64,000 nucleotides of DNA. It comes from Candidatus Acidiferrum sp. (GTDB taxonomy: Bacteria > Chloroflexota > Dormibacteria > CF-121). The notes beneath the pieces were generated by a model that was not told the origin of the DNA, searched no databases, and worked only from the letters and a program-made list of their open reading frames with translations. The first letter of the stretch is position 1, and every line of letters starts with the position of its first letter. The stretch lies in contig DATNMH010000037.1 of the NCBI GenBank assembly GCA_035602395.1, forward strand, positions 1,378 through 65,377, written 5' to 3'. Made by a program: the position numbers and the translations under genes. Shown here piece by piece: positions 60,207 to 64,000 of this stretch.

Positions 60207-60788
60207 GTGGCCCGTCTCTCGATTCAAAAGGTGCACGTCGGTAAGAAAGACACCAACTGCTACGTCATCGCCTGCGCCGATACCAAGGAAGCCGTGGTGA
60301 TCGACCCCGGGGATGACGCGCCGAAAATCCTTTCCCAGCTTGACGGCCTCGACGTGAAGTGGATCGTCTTCACCCACGCCCATCCGGGTCATACCGGCGC
60401 GAAGGACGAGGTGAAGGCCGCGACTGACGCGACGACGGCGATGCACCTGGCCGACGCCACGACGTACCTGAAGTCGGCGGAGCGATACCTGGTGTCGACG
60501 GATACGCTGCCGTTCGGCGAGTTTGCCCTTGAAGTCCTGATCACCCCTGGCCACACCCCGGGCGGCCTCTCGTACAAGGTCGGCAACCATGTCTTCACCG
60601 GCGACACGCTGCTCGCGGGAAAGATCGGTCGCGTCGACTTGCCCGGCTCCAGCCCGCAGCAAATGTTGCTCAGCCTGCACGGGCAATTGCTGACCCTGCC
60701 CGACAATACGGTCGTTTATCCGGGCCACGGGCCCAACACGACGATCGGCGCCGAGCGCATCGGGAACCCGTACCTGCGGATTCGCTAA
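60207..60788 (+). CDS. MBL-fold metallo-hydrolase (glyoxalase II-like) with variant HxHxGH motif
   Basis: VIDPGDD..., FTHAHPGHTG (nt 60375-60392; canonical HxHxDH has Asp where Gly is found), TPGHTPG, GDTLL, and VYPGHG. Confidence 0.8.
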   Translation: MARLSIQKVHVGKKDTNCYVIACADTKEAVVIDPGDDAPKILSQLDGLDVKWIVFTHAHPGHTGAKDEVKAATDATTAMHLADATTYLKSAERYLVSTDTLPFGEFALEVLITPGHTPGGLSYKVGNHVFTGDTLLAGKIGRVDLPGSSPQQMLLSLHGQLLTLPDNTVVYPGHGPNTTIGAERIGNPYLRIR

Positions 60789-61447
60789 GTGGTGCGCTGT
60801 GCACTTATCAGCTCGGTCTCATAGTCGAGCGTGATCGAGCCGCCCAGTCGGTCGATGACAGCGCCGACAGCCTTGTAAAGCCTTACACGTTGCTGCGGCT
60901 CGAGAGCGATGTGATCGCTGTGCGTACCCAGCTGGTCAAGCCACTCCTCCCGCGAATACTGGTGGGTCCACGCGTAGGTGCGCAGCTGGCATGGTGCGAA
61001 TAGGCGAGTAGCCGCGATGGCGGCCATGTCGCCGGACCTGTCTGACGGCTTGTCACCAATTGGGATCGATTCCTTGGCGAGGCCGGGTGCGAATCGTAAG
61101 TAGGCCTCATCGAGTGCGGCCTTGGTCGGGGCGTCATGCCGGCCCCGATTCCAGAAGATGGCCAACCGCCTCCCAGGTGGCAAGATCGCCGCGGCCTTGC
61201 GGGGGCCCACCGCGGGATCGACCCAATGCCAGGCCTGTCCCGAAGCCACGAGGTCGAACATTCGATGCGCCGGATTCCAGAGCTCGAACGTTGCGACCTC
61301 CACTGGGATGCCATGCGCTCGGGCCACCCCTGCCATCCGCGTGTCCGGCTCGACCCCGAGCACCTCGCAGCCCCTGGCGAGGAACAGGCGTGCCACCTTG
61401 CCTGTTCCGCAACCAACGTCGAGCACTCGGGCCGGTTTGCTGGCCAC
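60785..61447 (-). CDS. Class I SAM-dependent methyltransferase (conserved N-terminus extends upstream without a canonical start)
   Basis: Motif I VLDVGCGTGKVARLF. The in-frame upstream sequence (to ~61556) reads LVAEHHENRRRAESFGEDAERYDRTRPSYPTALVDDL, typical of this family, but contains only CTG/ATA as possible starts. Confidence 0.8.
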   Translation of the reverse strand: MASKPARVLDVGCGTGKVARLFLARGCEVLGVEPDTRMAGVARAHGIPVEVATFELWNPAHRMFDLVASGQAWHWVDPAVGPRKAAAILPPGRRLAIFWNRGRHDAPTKAALDEAYLRFAPGLAKESIPIGDKPSDRSGDMAAIAATRLFAPCQLRTYAWTHQYSREEWLDQLGTHSDHIALEPQQRVRLYKAVGAVIDRLGGSITLDYETELISAQRTT

Positions 61448-61551
61448 CAGGTCGTCGACCAGCGCAGTTGGGTACGACGGGCGAGTCCGATCGTAGCGCT
61501 CGGCGTCTTCCCCGAAGGACTCCGCACGTCGGCGATTCTCGTGGTGTTCCG

Positions 61552-61998
61552 CTACCAGGTGGGTCCTGGCTGATATTGGCCGTAGATAAGGCAGAACTCA
61601 TTACCCTCGGGGTCCGCCATGATTCGCCAGCTATATCCGTCTTCGTGGTAGTCCTCGTAAGGGAGTCGTCTTCCTCCGAGTTCAGTAATCCGTGAGGCCG
61701 CTCCATCGACGTCCTGGACGGCGACATCAAGATGAAGGCGATTCTTCGTCATCTTGGCCTCCGGCACCCGTTGAAAGCAGACGCGCGGTCCGTCCGGCGT
61801 TGCCGGAGCGAGATTCACGTATTGCGGTGGGTTGCCAAACCGGTCCTCAACCTCGACCCCCAGCACGGCTCCCCAGAACGCGGCCAGCCGCTCCGGGTCA
61901 TGACAATCGGTCTGAATCCAACCGATCTTGGCGATGGGCTCAGGCGGTCTTTTTTTCGCTGTAGAGGGCTTCGATTTGGGCACCGTATTTCTCCACAA
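61552..61998 (-). CDS. VOC-family (glyoxalase/bleomycin-resistance fold) protein
   Basis: IGWIQTDCHDPERLAAFWGAVLGVEV...RLHLDVAVQDVDGAASRITELGG...RIMADPEGNEFCL. The start is uncertain (59-nt overlap with the fadD-like gene). Confidence 0.75.
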   Translation of the reverse strand: MWRNTVPKSKPSTAKKRPPEPIAKIGWIQTDCHDPERLAAFWGAVLGVEVEDRFGNPPQYVNLAPATPDGPRVCFQRVPEAKMTKNRLHLDVAVQDVDGAASRITELGGRRLPYEDYHEDGYSWRIMADPEGNEFCLIYGQYQPGPTW

Positions 61999-63754
61999 TC
62001 CGCTTCCGCTTGACCTTCATCGTCGGGGTCAGCTCGTCGCCCACCACAAAGTCCGCATCGAGAATCGTCCACTTCTTGATCTGCTCCGGATGGGAGAGGC
62101 TGTGGTTGACGTCGGCCACCGCCTCGTCGACCAGGCGTTTCGCCCCCGGATCGTTCGGGCCGTTTCTGGTTTCAGCGACGTCCGGATCGAGCGTGATCAG
62201 CGCCGATACGAAGGGACGTCCATCCCCGAGGACGACCGCCTGCGCGATGCCGCGGTGGTCGCGAAGGCTGGTTTCCATCGCGCCCGGCGCGATGTATTTC
62301 CCGCCCGAGGTCTTGAAGAGATCCTTCTTTCGATCGGTGATCCTCAGGAACCCGTCCTTGTCGAGTTCCCCGATGTCGCCAGTCTGGAGCCAGCCGTCCA
62401 CCAGCGCCTCGCGCGTCGCCTTCACGTCCTTGAAGTAGCCGCTGAACACGTTGTTGCCCTTCACCAGGATCTCGCCGTCGGGCGCGATCCGGATCTCAAC
62501 TCCCGGCAACGGCGGGCCGACGGTACCGAAGCGAGCTTCGCCCGGCCGGTTGAAGCTCGCCGGCGCGGTGGTCTCGGTCAGCCCGTAGCCCTCGAGTATC
62601 TCGATACCCAGGCCGTAGAAGAACCGCAGGATGTCCGGGGAGACGGCCGCCGACCCGCTGATGCAGATCTGCACCTTGTCGAATCCGAGCCGTTCGCGGA
62701 TTTTGCTGAACACCAGCCGGTCGGCCGCCGCCCATTGCCAGCGGACCCAGGGCGACGGCGCCTTGTCCTGCTCGTAGGCGGCGGTCCGCAGCGCGCCCAT
62801 CAGCAACGCCCAGTCACGAATGACCCGGCGCGGGCCACGGACCTTGTCCATTTCGGCGCGAACCCCAGCAAACATCTTTTCCCAGAGCCGCGGCACCGAG
62901 GTGAAATAGGTCGGCCGCACCTCGCGCACCACCTCCCTCACCTGGTCGATGCTGGGACAGAAATAGACCTGGCAGCCGGTACAGAGTTGGCGTAGATGGC
63001 TGACGACGCGCTCGAGAATGTGCGCCAGCGGAAGATAGGACACCACCCGATCATTGGCGTCGCCTCGGAAGCATTCGAGGGTCGCGATCGCCGTCCACGT
63101 CAGGTTGCGATGGGTCAGCATGGCGGCCTTCGGGATGCCGGTCGTGCCCGAGGTGTAGATCAGGCTGGCGGTGTCATCCGGCTCCAAGGCCTGCCAGCGG
63201 CTGGTGAGGAGCCCCGGCCGCCCGCGGCCGAACTCGTCTCCGCGACCCATCGCCTGCTCCCAGCTGATCGCCCATCCCTCGACGGCCGGAACGTCGCCCT
63301 GGAGCAAGATGACGCGCTGCAACGCCGGCAGCTCGCGACGCATCGCGGAAACCTGGTCGAGGAGCCTGGCATCCTCGACGATGAGGACCTTCGACTCCGA
63401 ATGGCTGAGCAGGTACTTCACCTGGTCCTGCGCGAGCGTCTGATAGATGGCGACGGTTACCAGCCCGGCGTGGAGGATCGCGAGGTCGGCGATCTGCCAT
63501 TCCGGCCGGTTCGCGGACCAGATGGCGACGCGATCCTGCGGGTGCAGGCCCTCGGCCAGCAGCGCATTGCCCAGCCGGGTGACGGCCCGGCCGTATTCCG
63601 ACCAGTTGATCGGCACCCAGCGCTCCCCGGCCTTGAAGAAGAGCGCCGGCTGATCGGGCCGGCGCGCCGCCGTGCGTTGAAAGAGCGCCGGTACCGTCTC
63701 CGGCAGGTCCGTCGTGTGGGGCGCAGGCTCGGATGCCCGCAGGGCCGCGCTCAT
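61940..63754 (-). CDS. Long-chain-fatty-acid--CoA ligase (AMP-forming, FadD-like)
   Basis: AMP-binding motif LIYTSGTTGIPKAAMLTH, GYGLTETT, GDIGELDKDGFLRITDRKKD, and GKYI. Confidence 0.9.
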   Translation of the reverse strand: MSAALRASEPAPHTTDLPETVPALFQRTAARRPDQPALFFKAGERWVPINWSEYGRAVTRLGNALLAEGLHPQDRVAIWSANRPEWQIADLAILHAGLVTVAIYQTLAQDQVKYLLSHSESKVLIVEDARLLDQVSAMRRELPALQRVILLQGDVPAVEGWAISWEQAMGRGDEFGRGRPGLLTSRWQALEPDDTASLIYTSGTTGIPKAAMLTHRNLTWTAIATLECFRGDANDRVVSYLPLAHILERVVSHLRQLCTGCQVYFCPSIDQVREVVREVRPTYFTSVPRLWEKMFAGVRAEMDKVRGPRRVIRDWALLMGALRTAAYEQDKAPSPWVRWQWAAADRLVFSKIRERLGFDKVQICISGSAAVSPDILRFFYGLGIEILEGYGLTETTAPASFNRPGEARFGTVGPPLPGVEIRIAPDGEILVKGNNVFSGYFKDVKATREALVDGWLQTGDIGELDKDGFLRITDRKKDLFKTSGGKYIAPGAMETSLRDHRGIAQAVVLGDGRPFVSALITLDPDVAETRNGPNDPGAKRLVDEAVADVNHSLSHPEQIKKWTILDADFVVGDELTPTMKVKRKRIVEKYGAQIEALYSEKKTA

Positions 63755-63816
63755 GCCGCCACTATAAGAGAACTTTTCGCGGCGCCATCAGCCTTTGTCG
63801 AGATGTTACGTATCCT

Positions 63817-64000
63817 ATGGATACAGACATGGTCGTGGGCACCTGCGAGCTCATTTTCCAATTGCCGGAAAACCACAGCCTCAAGGGGAAACGCCAGGTA
63901 AGCCGCTCATTGGTGCAACGGATCCGTAGCCGTTTCAATGTCTCGGTCGCCGAGGTGGCCGACCTGGACCGCTGGCAGACGCTGGCCATCGGGGTAACCT
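63817..64000 (+). CDS. DUF503 (YlxP-like) protein, N-terminal part (runs off window end)
   Basis: Hand translation from the ATG at 63817 or 63829 gives (MDTD)MVVGTCELIFQLPENHSLKGKRQVSRSLVQRIRSRFNVSVAEVADLDRWQTLAIGVT, matching the DUF503 pattern (..L.LP...SLK.KR.V..S...R...RFNVSVAEV..). Confidence 0.7.
   Translation, partial: MDTDMVVGTCELIFQLPENHSLKGKRQVSRSLVQRIRSRFNVSVAEVADLDRWQTLAIGVT

Overview
GC-rich (roughly two-thirds G+C by eye, not computed), very gene-dense chromosomal segment. About 80% of genes are on the minus strand and many are joined by stop/start overlaps (ATGA, GTGA, TTGA, TAATG). Most of it is housekeeping of a Terrabacteria-type bacterium. Actinobacteria/Chloroflexi-like hints are a bS22 micro-ORF, the coproporphyrin-type heme genes hemQ-hemE-hemH, a PucR regulator and DUF3105/DUF11 proteins. 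Housekeeping content: comEC(partial)-comEA, leuS, valS, lon + ftsH, tig-clpP-clpX-lon2, rplU-rpmA-obg-nadD-rsfS, maf, and four tRNAs (Ala-GGC, Ala-CGC, Leu-UAG, Arg-ACG). No transposase, integrase, CRISPR array or recognisable defence genes were seen. Points worth a second look: (1) a self-contained diterpenoid operon (class II cyclase, class I synthase, IDI-2, GGPP synthase) with a membrane GGDEF/HD-GYP c-di-GMP enzyme embedded in it (14.6-21.5 kb). (2) A translationally coupled pair of ~520-aa polytopic membrane proteins between valS and maf, one a degenerate NuoL/Mrp-antiporter-like protein, preceded by a membrane zinc-ribbon protein (29.9-33.6 kb). (3) Two orphan Flp-type pilin-like genes sharing a C-terminal CP.G.T..L.GHK..C loop. 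(4) A second lon gene interrupted by an in-frame TAG at the universally conserved Trp codon. (5) A TTG-initiated 31-codon bS22-like ORF absent from the ORF track. (6) A modular GC-rich repeat family at three loci, one copy embedded in the hemH 3' coding end. (7) Several genes whose conserved N-termini have no canonical start codon. (8) TAnnnT boxes 6-9 nt from start codons, suggesting leaderless mRNAs. Many long ORFs in the track are antisense or alternative-frame artefacts of the high GC content and were rejected.
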